A stretch of DNA of 64,000 nt from Pachysolen tannophilus NRRL Y-2460 (lineage: Eukaryota), in assembly GCA_001661245.1 (NCBI GenBank), contig KV454011.1, positions 1,266,724-1,330,723 on the forward strand, read 5' to 3'. The notes beneath the pieces are model-generated. The model saw nothing but the letters and a program-made list of their open reading frames with translations, was not told the origin of the DNA and did no database searches. A program made the position numbers and the translations under genes. Below are positions 31,470 through 43,339 of this stretch, piece after piece; positions within the stretch are counted from its first letter, which is position 1; every line of letters begins with the position of its first letter.

Positions 31470-32111
31470 ATGAAGAGTTTTATTGTATATTTGGTTTCTT
31501 TATTTTTTTGCCTTGCTCAAATTAATTGTTTCCATTTTTATTTGGAAGGAGGTGAAAAAAAATGTTTTTATAAAGAGTTGGTTGAAGGAACTTTATTGGT
31601 TGGTAAATATAGAGTTGAACCTTATGAAAATCAAGGTGCTTTGAATAAGGAGAAGTTGGGTGTTAATCTTTACATTGAAGAAGTTTTCGATAATGACCAT
31701 AGGGTTGTTAATCAAAAGGGACCTGCCACTGGGGATTTTACTTTTACTGCATTAGATAGTGGTGAACATAGAATTTGTTTACAACCACAATTTGGTGGAT
31801 GGTTTGCCAAGATAAAGACCAAGACCACATTTGATATCGAAGTTGGTGACAATACCATATTGGATAGTAAAAAGACAAATGAAATTCAATCGTTGAACGA
31901 AAGAATCAAGACTTTAAATAAGAAACTAGATTTGATTAAAAAAGAAGAATTATTAATTAGAGAAAGAGAAAGAGAATTTAGAGATACAAGTGAAAGAGTA
32001 AATTCAAAAGCAGTCAAATACTCAATTATTCAAGTTATTATCTTATTTAGCATTGGTTTTTACCAATTACACAGTTTAAGAGGTTTCTTTGTTAAACAAA
32101 AAATACTTTAA
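31470..32111 (+). CDS. ERP1: p24/GOLD family cargo receptor (Erp1/Erp6-like)
   Basis: Signal peptide, FHFY...EKKCF.KEL, GDFTFTA.DSGEHRIC, REREREFRDTSE.VN, C-terminal FFVKQKIL. Confidence 0.85.
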   Translation: MKSFIVYLVSLFFCLAQINCFHFYLEGGEKKCFYKELVEGTLLVGKYRVEPYENQGALNKEKLGVNLYIEEVFDNDHRVVNQKGPATGDFTFTALDSGEHRICLQPQFGGWFAKIKTKTTFDIEVGDNTILDSKKTNEIQSLNERIKTLNKKLDLIKKEELLIREREREFRDTSERVNSKAVKYSIIQVIILFSIGFYQLHSLRGFFVKQKIL

Positions 32112-32395
32112 ATTATACATTTATATATTTATATATACCATTTTTAGTCTAGTATTTTGAATCATAATTATATGTCTATATTTCTTCTTTTCATCCACCA
32201 ATTGTAATTGTAATTGTTCTTGTCTGTCCTTTTTAACACCTGTTAAACAAAAGACACAAAAGGTCGTGCTATTGAAATAGTTAACCTATATAAATCACAT
32301 AACATAATAAATATAACAAAGCATATATAATTATATATATTTATTGATGGAATTGGTGGTATTGGAATGAGTAGGAAAGTGATAGAAGCTATAAT

Positions 32396-35300
32396 ATGGA
32401 TGCAATGAGTGACTCTGGTGCTGGGGAGGAGTTAGAAGATTTTGATGTGTCATCCTCAGCGAATATGGAAATAATAGACAACGGCGCTAATTTTACCAAT
32501 TTCCATAATAATTCAGTTTTAAGCTCTCCATCAGCAACAATAGGATTATCACCTCAATCTTGTAGTGATGGAGATGTTTCCAGAGAAATATCAAGTAATT
32601 CTATTGGGCCGAGAAAGTTTCTTGATGAAAGAGCAAGTACAAGGATAGGCCAAGTATTATCCAAAGGTTATAATAGTAATGTTAACGATTATAGATTTCG
32701 TATTGAAGATCCTTCAGCATCAATAATATCAGAAAATTCAGATAATAAACTAGATTCAAACTCAATTACGACAACAGCACTGATACCGGGCTCTAGTACA
32801 GGTGCTAATAATATTCAAGCTAGCACAAGCACAAAGTCTGTCAAAATATTAAAATTGAAAAAAATTTCAAAACTACTCTATTCTGAAGAGACTGCCATTC
32901 AATATGGAAATCCAACTTCATTGACAGTTGGAGAATTAATATGCATTGGAACTTCAAAAGGTTACATTATTTTATTTGATTACAAACAAAATTTAAAAAT
33001 TGTATTGGGTAAAGATTCAAAAACATTAGAATGTGGAATTGTTACAGCTCTTGCAGTTTCAGCTGATTCTACATATATTGCTAGTGGTTTTGAAAATGGA
33101 GATATTTTTTTGTGGAATTTGAGTAAACCTTTAAAGCCAGCATTGCATGTGACAGCTGTAACACGTCAGGATTTACTGAGTGGAACAAGGGAAGGACATT
33201 TTTTAGGAAACAAGATACATCAGTTAAGTTTTGTAGGGAAAAGACATACTGCATTGATCTCATCTGATGTTAATGGGATATTATGCTTTCATAATGGTTT
33301 CAAAAATATTTTAGGAGCTCATGCAATTACCAAAAAAATTTTAGGTAAATATAATATTAATAATAATAATGAAAGAGGTTCTGCAATTTTGGCAAGTTCT
33401 GTGCTTCCTTTAGGGACCTCGATTGAACCAACAGATGATATAGGTCTAGTTTCTGTGATTGCACCAAGAGCTTTGGTTGTTATTTCTATTTATCCTGAAT
33501 TAAGAACACACTTCAAAATTGGCAGGCCAAAAGCAATAAATACAACGTCTAATATAACGGGTTGTTTAGCATGGTTGCCTGCTTTAAAATTATCTGAAGG
33601 ACGAAAAGTGCCTCCTAAATTGGTGTATTGTTGGTCAAACGTCTTGACGGTGTTAGATGTAAATTACGATTTAATTAAAAATCGAGAATCTGATGACGAA
33701 AGTTTATTATTGAAATTTGAAAACAAGAAAAGATGGATCACTGAAGAAAGTATTGTGGCAGTTCAATGGATAAATGAAAAAGTTATTTCTGTTCTAACTG
33801 CTGGTCATAGATTAATTTTGATAAACGAATTAAATATGGCTGTCTTAACTTCTGTTGATTTGCTATCAAAGCATATATTGTCACTAAATTTATTTTCAAA
33901 TAACCTGTTGAATTTAGCTAAAGAATTTTACTCGAATTCGTTTAAAGTTTACAGAAGCAAAATATTTCTTCTTGGGAAATATGAATTTTTCATAGGGTCT
34001 TTAACTAATTGGGCTGATAAATTGTTTGATATCATGAAAAATGGTGATTATATTGAAGCTTTACAAGAGTCGAGAAGTTTCTATAATGGGGATAACGACA
34101 ATTTGGTTCTATATGGCTTGCCTGACTCTGTACAAGCTAGACAAGATTTATTATATGATTACATTATTAAAATGGTTAAGGGTTCTTTAGAATATGTATT
34201 TGCAGGAACACCTTCAACAATGAGGCATATTCAAACAAGAGATCAATTCAAAACATTTTTAACAATTTTCTTAAAAATATGTTTAGATTTGAAAATAAAT
34301 AGCAAGGAAGAAGAAAATTATTACGATTTGATTTTTGAAAAATTTAAATTATTTGACTTTGATGATATTTTTTTCGAAACTTTAGAGAAATTTATATTAA
34401 AAGGTGACATAGTGCAGTTGACTCCAACAATCTTGCAACAAATGGTTGAATACTTTATCTCAAATAATAAAGGTGATGAACTAGAAGAATTAATATGTTT
34501 ATTGGATATCAAGTCGTTAGATATTGATTTGACTGTATCATTATGTCGAAAAAATCATCTTAGAGACTCTTTAGTCTTTATTTGGAATGTTTTATTAAAT
34601 GATTACATAACTCCTCTTTTTGATTTTATAAATGACATAAAAACATTATTTTATGACAAAGACCTTGATGAAACTCGAAAGACACAGCTAATTTTAGAAA
34701 CAAAAAAAGTTTACGGATATATTTCTTATGTTTTAACTGGGAGACAATATCCAACTGAAAGAATGATTGAGATAGATAAACAGAGGAAGGCAAAATTAAG
34801 CCTATATTATATTTTATTTAATGGTACGGCTGTAGGATGGCCTAAAGGAAATAAAAAATTACATATAACTCAAGATATCAAAAATGAACCAGCATTTCCG
34901 TATTTGTATTTGTTTTTGAAATTTGATTGTTTTGAAATGCTAAGTTCATTGAATGAAGCTTTTGAAGATGATATATTGAATGACGATGAACTTGAGTATG
35001 GTAGCAAAGGAGATCAAGATGAATTTCAATACAAAGTTACACGTCAATATGTTATTGATGTATTATTGGATCTATTCAATTCAAACGATTTTTCTACTTT
35101 GGACTTTACCTATTTATCCATATTTGTAGCGAGAAATTATCCGAAATTTCAACAGTTTGTTAGGCTAACTGACTCAAATTGTGAAACATTAATTGAACAC
35201 TTATGCTCCTACCCCGATATTAAACTAAAAGAAGATTGTGAGCTAAGCTTACAAAGCTTGTTATCCGTATATCATCCGTTGAATATAGATAACTTGATTT

Positions 35301-36847
35301 CTCTTTTTGAAAGTGCTGGTTTCTATGATGTTCTATTTAACGTTTACCGCTCAGAACAAAAATTTTCTAAGGTGTTGGAATTATGGTTATTTAATAAAGA
35401 AAGACTTGAAATGAAAAAAACAAATTTGACTGGTACAAATTATGATCACATTTATGACAAAAACTCGGATATTGTCAATAAATGTTTTGAGCTAACTGAT
35501 GGAAATGAAAGAGAAAGATATGAAATAATAAATTTTGTTCGAAACCATTTCAAAAGTTTTATAAATCGTGATCAAGCAAATATTGTTAAAGTTTTTAATA
35601 AATACTGTCCAAGCTTACATATAGAAATATTGAATATTAATGATGATGAGCCCTTAGTGTATGATTACTTGAAATGTTTATTTCGACTGACGAATGGAGA
35701 TAGTCATTTGATAAAAATTGATCCTGATTTGAAAACTTTATTTATTGAATTATTATCGAAGTATGATCATAAAAGTTTATATAAATATTTAACGGAGTCT
35801 GATTTATCAAAAATTGATTTGGAAAATATATCTCTGATCTTGAAAAAAAATAAAGCGATTGATAGTCTAGTGTTTTTGCTAGACAGAAATAATGATCATC
35901 TTCGTTGTATTCAAGAAGTTGTTGAGTATATGAACTTTCTTGCATCAGAATTAATTAAGCTAATTAATGAGGATAATTCAAATTTGGAATTGGATAAGAT
36001 TGAAAACGAATTATGGGACTATTTGTTCTTGGGTATTAAAATATGCAACTATGATGACCCAAAATCATCAAAAAAGATGAACACAAATGATTTAACTATT
36101 AACGAGCAATTGTGGCTCATGCTCATAGAATCTACAGTTGGAATATTAAGGACAGTTAATAATAAAATCCTGAAAGATAGTTTCTCTGTTTCTTCAACAA
36201 GCCAAAAAATCTTGAACACCATAAAAAGATTGATACAATGTGCATTTACAAATTTAATTAATTCAAGATCTGGAGATGAATTAGTATCTGGACTAATAGA
36301 TAATAATGATAAGGGTCAAAATTCAGATAGTTTTTCGATTGAAACCTTGAAGCCTAAAAAATTGTCGTTTTTCAAGATATTCACAAAATTTTTAAATGAT
36401 TCCTCTACAGAAATAACGAGATTAGGAGATGTCAGATTAATTTTGAAAGAGATTTTTTTGTCGTACAGTTATGAGGCCGTTTTTTTAAAGCTTATATTAA
36501 ATTTAGTTGATGATAAAATTTTCCGAGAATTTGAAGAATTGAGTACTTTAAAATTGAAAGGCTTAACACCTAAAAAAGATCATTGCGATGCATGTGATAA
36601 AATACTATGGGGTAATGACATTAGCAAAGAAATATATTACTCTTGGAGAAATGATAAACTCGATAGTATTGAAATTTCACAAAAATTACGTTCGAAAAAA
36701 CCAGAAATTCTTTCTGTTGCTAATGGAAAAAGTTTTGAAAATTCTTTACTGATTGTTATCTTTAAATGTGGACACGGATATCATTCTCAATGTTTGAATA
36801 ATTTAGGAGGTAAGAAAGAAAAGACGTGCATTATTTGTGATGAGTGA
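32396..36847 (+). CDS. VPS8: CORVET complex subunit Vps8
   Basis: YG.PT..IGTSKG...FDY.Q.L, VTALA.SAD.T.IASG, LEELICLLD...LDID, Y.YISY.LTGRQYP, EP.FPYL...LKFD, C-terminal RING (FKCGHGYH..CL..C.IC). Confidence 0.93.
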   Translation: MDAMSDSGAGEELEDFDVSSSANMEIIDNGANFTNFHNNSVLSSPSATIGLSPQSCSDGDVSREISSNSIGPRKFLDERASTRIGQVLSKGYNSNVNDYRFRIEDPSASIISENSDNKLDSNSITTTALIPGSSTGANNIQASTSTKSVKILKLKKISKLLYSEETAIQYGNPTSLTVGELICIGTSKGYIILFDYKQNLKIVLGKDSKTLECGIVTALAVSADSTYIASGFENGDIFLWNLSKPLKPALHVTAVTRQDLLSGTREGHFLGNKIHQLSFVGKRHTALISSDVNGILCFHNGFKNILGAHAITKKILGKYNINNNNERGSAILASSVLPLGTSIEPTDDIGLVSVIAPRALVVISIYPELRTHFKIGRPKAINTTSNITGCLAWLPALKLSEGRKVPPKLVYCWSNVLTVLDVNYDLIKNRESDDESLLLKFENKKRWITEESIVAVQWINEKVISVLTAGHRLILINELNMAVLTSVDLLSKHILSLNLFSNNLLNLAKEFYSNSFKVYRSKIFLLGKYEFFIGSLTNWADKLFDIMKNGDYIEALQESRSFYNGDNDNLVLYGLPDSVQARQDLLYDYIIKMVKGSLEYVFAGTPSTMRHIQTRDQFKTFLTIFLKICLDLKINSKEEENYYDLIFEKFKLFDFDDIFFETLEKFILKGDIVQLTPTILQQMVEYFISNNKGDELEELICLLDIKSLDIDLTVSLCRKNHLRDSLVFIWNVLLNDYITPLFDFINDIKTLFYDKDLDETRKTQLILETKKVYGYISYVLTGRQYPTERMIEIDKQRKAKLSLYYILFNGTAVGWPKGNKKLHITQDIKNEPAFPYLYLFLKFDCFEMLSSLNEAFEDDILNDDELEYGSKGDQDEFQYKVTRQYVIDVLLDLFNSNDFSTLDFTYLSIFVARNYPKFQQFVRLTDSNCETLIEHLCSYPDIKLKEDCELSLQSLLSVYHPLNIDNLISLFESAGFYDVLFNVYRSEQKFSKVLELWLFNKERLEMKKTNLTGTNYDHIYDKNSDIVNKCFELTDGNERERYEIINFVRNHFKSFINRDQANIVKVFNKYCPSLHIEILNINDDEPLVYDYLKCLFRLTNGDSHLIKIDPDLKTLFIELLSKYDHKSLYKYLTESDLSKIDLENISLILKKNKAIDSLVFLLDRNNDHLRCIQEVVEYMNFLASELIKLINEDNSNLELDKIENELWDYLFLGIKICNYDDPKSSKKMNTNDLTINEQLWLMLIESTVGILRTVNNKILKDSFSVSSTSQKILNTIKRLIQCAFTNLINSRSGDELVSGLIDNNDKGQNSDSFSIETLKPKKLSFFKIFTKFLNDSSTEITRLGDVRLILKEIFLSYSYEAVFLKLILNLVDDKIFREFEELSTLKLKGLTPKKDHCDACDKILWGNDISKEIYYSWRNDKLDSIEISQKLRSKKPEILSVANGKSFENSLLIVIFKCGHGYHSQCLNNLGGKKEKTCIICDE

Positions 36848-37292
36848 AAATTTTTAATTTCTTATATCATCAATGGGAATGGTATAGAAAGTACTTTCTA
36901 ATAAACTATAAACATTACAAAAATCTCGCTAAATGAAAGCTGTAAGCAAAATAGGTATGTATTATTAATATTAAGGTTGTAAATCAGATTGAAAATATTT
37001 CATATGTTTCTTTGTGAAGTTCTGCATGCATAAATTACACGCGTGCGGCTCCAGATCTATGCATTTGCGTCACATTGATCTCTGAGGAATTTACACAAAA
37101 CAACGTTCAACACTGATGGAGAATCAAGATCAAATTGAACAATTACCAATGTAAAGTGTTGCTTTTCTTCTTTATTCTTTTTTTTCTTGTTTTTTTTTTT
37201 TCTTTGTCAAAGTTAATATTCTTGACATCAAAATTCGATATTCAAGTTAACTTTACTTTACCGTAACGTTGAATTTTGAACAGTCAAATAAA

Positions 37293-38220
37293 ATGTTGTT
37301 AACCATAGTTTTATTATCAGCTTTGTCTCTGGCAAAATTAGTTTCTGCGGAGCTTCCAAGTGAGTTTGGTAGTTATGTTAATCCAAATCCAAAAATTTAT
37401 GATAATTGTGTAAGTAGAAAATTCATTTTATTTCCTTATTTTTTAAAAGAATAAAAGTTAAATAATACTAATAATAAAATTAAATTTTTAATAAAACCAA
37501 ATAGAATGCAGAACAACTCGTTCTGTTAAACTCCTGTGCAAATGATGTTCTCACTAGACTAGATGTCTGTAAACCAGATGATCTTGCATGTGAGTGTTGT
37601 GCTTTGCAATCAATGAATCAGCAATGCTTCGGATTGTGTAAAAATAGTGTATGTTATTTTGAAGCTTTAGCAACTATTATTTAGGTATTGATAGACCAAA
37701 CTTACTAACTATATCAATTTTCTTTTTTATTCTAATTCAGCCATCTGCAAATTTTTTAGACTCATTGATTTCAGATTGTCAATCATTAAGTGAAGTAAAT
37801 GCTTGTGGTTTACCTTTTAAAAAAAATGATAACGACGAGGCCAAAATTTCGCGGAAAGGTTTTAGAGGTATTGGCGGGAACCGTAGTAGAGGTAACATTA
37901 AAGTAGAGCAGAAGGTAAAATCTGTTGTAGGTGATAGAAGCCGTGGTACCCCTGATGTCAAAGTCAAATCTACTGTTTTCACTGAAGAAGAAACCCAAAG
38001 GGTAAAGGCACAAAGTTCAAATAACGTTCCAGAGCTGATGATATTAACAGAAAAGTTAACTTCATCAAAAAATAATTCAATTTCAGATACGCAGGTTAAT
38101 GCATCCAATCTGACAAACAGTTCTTCTGCTTCTTGTGAAAACTCTTCTTCTTCAATTGTTGCTTCAAAGACTGTGTTTATGGCTTTCTTTTTTGCAAGCA
38201 TCATTGTATTATTTTGTTGA
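37293..38220 (+). CDS. Secreted/GPI-anchored Cys-rich protein, 3 exons (37293-37409, 37505-37648, 37741-38220; ~246 aa)
   Basis: Introns 37410-37504 (GTAAGT..TACTAAT..ATAG) and 37649-37740 (GTATGT..TACTAAC..TTCAG), both phase 0, join two track ORFs. Product has a signal peptide, a C..C..C...CECC..C...C domain, a Ser-rich stalk and a hydrophobic C-terminus. Confidence 0.85.
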
Positions 38221-38462
38221 GAGGAAAAGAAAAGAAGAAAAAAAAACAATTCAAGTTATTATTTTACATTAATCTTTTTTCTACCTTTTTTTTTTTTAAT
38301 CAGGAATGACGGTAGCAATACAGTATAGTTTAGTTTTAATAAATTAGATATTTAGTGATCTTTGTTTCTTATATATATACAACATAGTAAAAAAGAATTT
38401 TCTAAGAAGTTGGCAAAAAAATAAAAAATAAAAAATTAAAAAAAAAAGGAAAAGAAGACAGT

Positions 38463-39518
38463 TTAATTGGCATTGGTCTCATCCATCCAATCAAGAGTAT
38501 ATTTGATACCTTGTTCTAAATCAACCTGAGGTTTATAACCTAAAATGCGTTTAGCCTTTTCAATATTGTGATAACGATAAGCACAGACAACTTTGACTCT
38601 GAATGGTGTAAGACCTGGTTCTTTACCAAGTAATTTTGAAAAAAATTGAGAAAGATGACCAACAACGATAGCAACTGGTCTTGATAAAACAATATTGAAT
38701 TTATCAATATGTCCATCAGCTTTCCAAACTGTACGAGCCAAAGTCCAAAAATAAGTTGGAGAATCATTTGTAATGAAAAAATTTTCTCCTCCAACTTGTT
38801 TACATGTATCTGGATTCAATAATTTTTCTGCAGCCAAAACATGAGCATAGGCCACATTACCGGCATAAGTCCAATCAAATAAATTGTTATTATCACCAAT
38901 TTGGAATTTCGACTGACCCATCTTAGCAACCGATCTTAAACCTGGAACTAACTGACGATCTCCGGGTCCAAATATACCAGCAGGTCTTAATGCTGTAGTT
39001 AAAAACCCTTCATCAAATGAATTGGCATCTCCAACCATTTTTTCTGCTAATGATTTTGTCTCATTATACGCGTCCATTGGAACATCTGGAATAGGCCATG
39101 ACTCATCAGCATTATGAATGTCTTGACCATTGAATATTACTCCAGCACTAGAAGTATAAACCAATGCCTTTATATTTAATGCCTTTGCAGTCTTTATTAA
39201 ATTTTCAGTACCTTTAACGTTAACTTTTTCATAAATTTCTGGACTTAAACCATGCATTGGTGAAGCAGAATGAACTACAACATTACACTTGCTTTGCAAA
39301 ATTGCATTTTTAACATCCAATTCAGAAGTCAAATCACCTTTATAAAAATCTATTGTCTTCAGATCAAAAGTAAAATAACTAGATATTACCTCAGGTAATG
39401 GCCTAACGTCGAAAACAGTGATCTTTGGTTTGTATTCAGCTTCACTAAACAGTTGAATCAAATGCAAGCCCAAAAAACCAGAACCTCCTATAAGAAGCAC
39501 AGACTCGATTTTTGACAT
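38463..39518 (-). CDS. ERG26: Sterol-4-alpha-carboxylate 3-dehydrogenase
   Basis: VLLIGGSGFLGLHLI, VVHSASPMHG, YTSSAGVIFNGQD, YNETK, LRPAGIFGPGDRQLVPGL, DNNNLFDWTY. First ATG 39518. Confidence 0.96.
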   Translation of the reverse strand: MSKIESVLLIGGSGFLGLHLIQLFSEAEYKPKITVFDVRPLPEVISSYFTFDLKTIDFYKGDLTSELDVKNAILQSKCNVVVHSASPMHGLSPEIYEKVNVKGTENLIKTAKALNIKALVYTSSAGVIFNGQDIHNADESWPIPDVPMDAYNETKSLAEKMVGDANSFDEGFLTTALRPAGIFGPGDRQLVPGLRSVAKMGQSKFQIGDNNNLFDWTYAGNVAYAHVLAAEKLLNPDTCKQVGGENFFITNDSPTYFWTLARTVWKADGHIDKFNIVLSRPVAIVVGHLSQFFSKLLGKEPGLTPFRVKVVCAYRYHNIEKAKRILGYKPQVDLEQGIKYTLDWMDETNAN

Positions 39519-39872
39519 ATTCACGTATAATTCAATCAACAGAAACTCAAAAACAAAATTACGAAATTAATATATATAACACACAACTTCTTCTTCGGTC
39601 AAATTTTTTTTTCTTTATTATTATTATTATTATTATTATTATCATCGCTTTCTATGTCGCATATAAAATGAAAAAATTAAAAAGCGGAAAAGAAAAAAAG
39701 AAAACTTTCTCCAAAACGGAGAAGTTTCCACAAACTTCTATACGAGATAGAAATAATTGTAAAGTAAAAAAGTTTTATATTATTATATATTCCTATAAGA
39801 TACAGTGGGTAGGTAGATAGGTAGGTAGGTAGGTAGGTAGGTATGTACGGTATATATAATAAAGATTTCAAA

Positions 39873-41537
39873 TCAAAATTCAAAAAAATTTTCATATTCT
39901 CTGACTTTTGTTTCATCAATTTTGAACAGATTTTCAATTGCATTTGGAAAAACAAAGTCGGCAATTTCCAAGGATGGTGAAATTTTTTGAGTTATGGTAC
40001 CAGCATTGTCTAAATTCTTGAATAGAGGTTTAGACGGTAAGGTGAAATTATTTTTATTTTTATTTTCATCTTGTTTTTCCAAATTTGAAATAAAAAATGA
40101 ATTTTTATCCATTTCTTTTTGACTATTATCTGAAAACTGCACTTTCTTAGTTTCAACTGCGGAATCTGAGTTTGAAAAAACTAGTTTCTTATTATTTTGT
40201 TGCGCTTTTTCTGATTCATGTTCATCGGTGTCAAGTAGTTTTGGTTCAAGTGACTTTTTCGGTAAAAATTCTACAAATAAAGGCGAAGGCGAAACAACTT
40301 TATTAGAAGTCGTTACATCTTCAACCAATGGTTCAATTTCAATATTAGACAGATTTTGATCTATCTTTGAAGGAGTTTGCTGAATTTTTGAATTTTGGTC
40401 CTCAGTTTCTTTTCCATTATTTCCATTCTTTTGTATTTCTCTTATATAATCTTTGCTTTTTTTCAGAGAATTAGTTATTGACATATAAGAATTAAAAGCA
40501 TATGGGTTAACCAATTTTTCTAAAGAAGAATTATCCTTCTCATCTGAGTTATTTTTCTCATGTGAAGTATCGTCTAATAACGATAACAAAGCAGTTGCTG
40601 TTTTACTCAATTTTTTCTTTTCCACTTTTGGTGATTCCGTTTTTTCCACCTTGTTTTGCTTTGATACCTTGCGAAAAGTTGGAATAGATGGATTTAAATA
40701 TGTCCTGTGAGATGAGGGTACTGAAGAATATTTGTAGAATCTTCTTTTAGGCAAAGAAGTTATTTTTTTTGACTCAGTTTTCTTGTTTTCATTTTTTGAA
40801 AAATTAAAACTTGGGTCATATGATGGTGTTGAAATTCCTGAATCAGTTGTGATTTCAAAATAATTTTCATGCGAAGTATTTGATATGTTCAGGTTATGAC
40901 TTTCTAGAGATTTATTTGTACGCATAAATGACATGTCTCCTCCCAACACGTCATTTCCAGCACCATATTCACTGGTTGGTCTTGGGCTTAGAGAACTGTC
41001 TGTTGTAACTGATCTATTAATTAAAGACAAAACACCTTCTAATTCTATATCTGATATTGGTTCATTTCCCTTTCGAGCAAAAAATTGTGCCAATTTTGCA
41101 TTTGGACTTTCATCATCTGTACGAATTGATGACATTTCTTTAACTTTATCCAGTATTCTCGCTGTTGAGTTTGACGAAATCGAGTCTGAACCTATCCGCG
41201 TTTCAAACTCAAACGGGTTTGTCTTTTTAGTATGGGTGTGACTATTTTCTGGTTCGTCATTGGTTTCACCATGCAGTTCTTCTTGTGAGTTATCATTACT
41301 TGAGCGTCTTTCAAGTCTAAAAATATTTTTGAGTCTAGAAAAAACACCATCCTATATTGGATTAAAATAAAATAGAAAAATAGAAAAAAAAACCCCTTGT
41401 TAGTCTATTATGAAATCAACTAAAACCAATATGATAATAAAATAACTTACCGTTGAAGATATCAATCGATCATACGGAGTTTTCGACCTTGGGTGAGTTA
41501 TGATTTTAGAACGAATAACATGCCTATTACCATCCAT
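39873..41537 (-). CDS. NUP60: Nuclear basket nucleoporin Nup60-like, 2 exons (41537-41451, 41351-39873)
   Basis: Intron 41450-41352 (GTAAGT..GACTAAC..TATAG). Spliced N-terminus has TPYDR then the amphipathic GVFSRLKNIF; N.KLAQFF..KG.EP.SDIE.EGVLSL; LSKTATALLSLLD; C-terminal YENFFEF. Synteny with ERP1/SWD1. Confidence 0.75.
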
Positions 41538-41901
41538 GGCAACACAATATTTTTCTTTTTCTTTTTTTTTTATTCTTTCAAAACTGCAATCACACAATTC
41601 TTATACCAACTAACCAAAAGAAAAAGAAAAAGGCAAATATAGATAAATATATATTATTTATGCCTCTCTCTATATTAGAACTAATTCTTATTGATGAAAG
41701 ATTATACTTTTTGTATCTTCTTGAAACTTCTTAATGAAACTTTTATAAATAATTATTTTGGTATTTTCACTGATGAGTTTGCATGCACTACCAATTATTT
41801 TTAATAAATTGAAAATTTTTTTTTAGTTTTATTTTAAATAATGTTTAATTTAGTTTAAAGGCTTTAAATTATATATATAGGTTTGATGATAAGATCGATT
41901 G

Positions 41902-42828
41902 ATGGTGATGACTGGATCAAATAAGGATGACGATGAGGAAGTTTTGTAGGTGCTTCATTTCTTTTTTTTTTTTTTTATATTTATTATTGTTAATTTCCTG
42001 TGATTTCGTTTGAAGATGCCGGACCGATTATTACTAACGATGTGATTTACTTTTTTGGCTTTTTTTGGCTCTTTTTTTTTCAATTATTTATTTATTTGAT
42101 TTAGAACTTTATCAGCACATGCTTTAGAGGCTTTACAGCTATTCAAGGATGAAGAAACTGAAAGGAAACTTCAATTTGAAAAACTTAGTTTGCAAGCAGA
42201 AAAAGATTATGAAGATCTTCAACAAGAAAAACCTTCAGCCAGTATGACAATTGATGATTTCAAAGAAGATTGGCAATTATCCCAATTTTGGTATAGTGAT
42301 CAAACTGCTGACATTTTAGCTGATGCATTATTAGAAGGAGCTGATGAAGATACTGTTATCTGCATTGCAAGTGCGCCTTCTGTATATGCTGCTATAGCTA
42401 AACGTCCAAGGGAGTCCTTACCTACCAAACATATTTATTTGTTAGAATTTGATAAAAGATTTGGAATATTAGCTGGATCAAAACATTTCTCATTTTATGA
42501 TTATAAAAATCCAACAACTATACCAGAGCATTTACGAAATAAAGTGGACCGTATTTTAATAGACCCTCCTTTCTTGGAAAAAGATTGTCAAATAAAATCA
42601 TCTATATCTGCAAGAACATTGTTGAAAAAGGATAAAACTTCTAAAACAAAAAATGGAGATTTGAAGTACAAGTTCATATCATGTACTGGTGAACGTATGC
42701 AAGATTTGATTAAAAAAATATATCCAGATTCACATATTACCACTTTTTTCCCAGAGCATAAAAACGGTTTAAGCAATGAATTTAGATGTTATGCTAGCTT
42801 TGAATGTGAAAGTTGGAAATTCCTGTAA
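41902..42828 (+). CDS. EFM5: eEF1A lysine methyltransferase Efm5 (N6AMT2 family), 2 exons (41902-41945, 42105-42828)
   Basis: Intron 41946-42104 (GTAGGT..TACTAAC..TTTAG) yields ...EEVLTLSAHALEAL; FKEDWQLSQFWYSD.TA, IASAPSVYAA, LLEFDKRF, IDPPFL, HKNGLSNEFRCYA.FE. Start may be 41902 or 41908. Confidence 0.93.
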
Positions 42829-43339
42829 AATGGAAAAAGGAAGTTTAGATTAATTAATTTATTATCTTTTATTTAATATTATCTGTAGTATTATCATATA
42901 TAAATTGTTTAATATGTAAATTTTTGAATTTAGTAGTTTTAATCCATCTTGAAAAATAGTAGGTGAACTCTTATAGATTAACGAAAAAAAAAAAAAAAAT
43001 TCACAGCAATTCAAAAAAGATTATATTATAACCTATTTGATCTTAAAGACACCTTCGGTAAAAAAGGAAATTTACCATATGGTTATCAAAATAAAAAAAA
43101 ACATATCACTCACTCACTCACTTATTTTGCTGTTTAGGAGGTATTTTTTTTAAATCTTAAAAATGTTGTTTCCTGACTAAAAACTTTTTAACAAAACCTA
43201 AAGAACAAGTTGTACTTCTTGAAAATTTTCACGTATAGATAAATAAACTTTAATGTAAAAGTAAACTTAAAGTAATTCGAACTACTTTATTTTTTTCTAT
43301 TATTATTTTAAGCAAGAAATATCTTAAACTAATGCTTCA

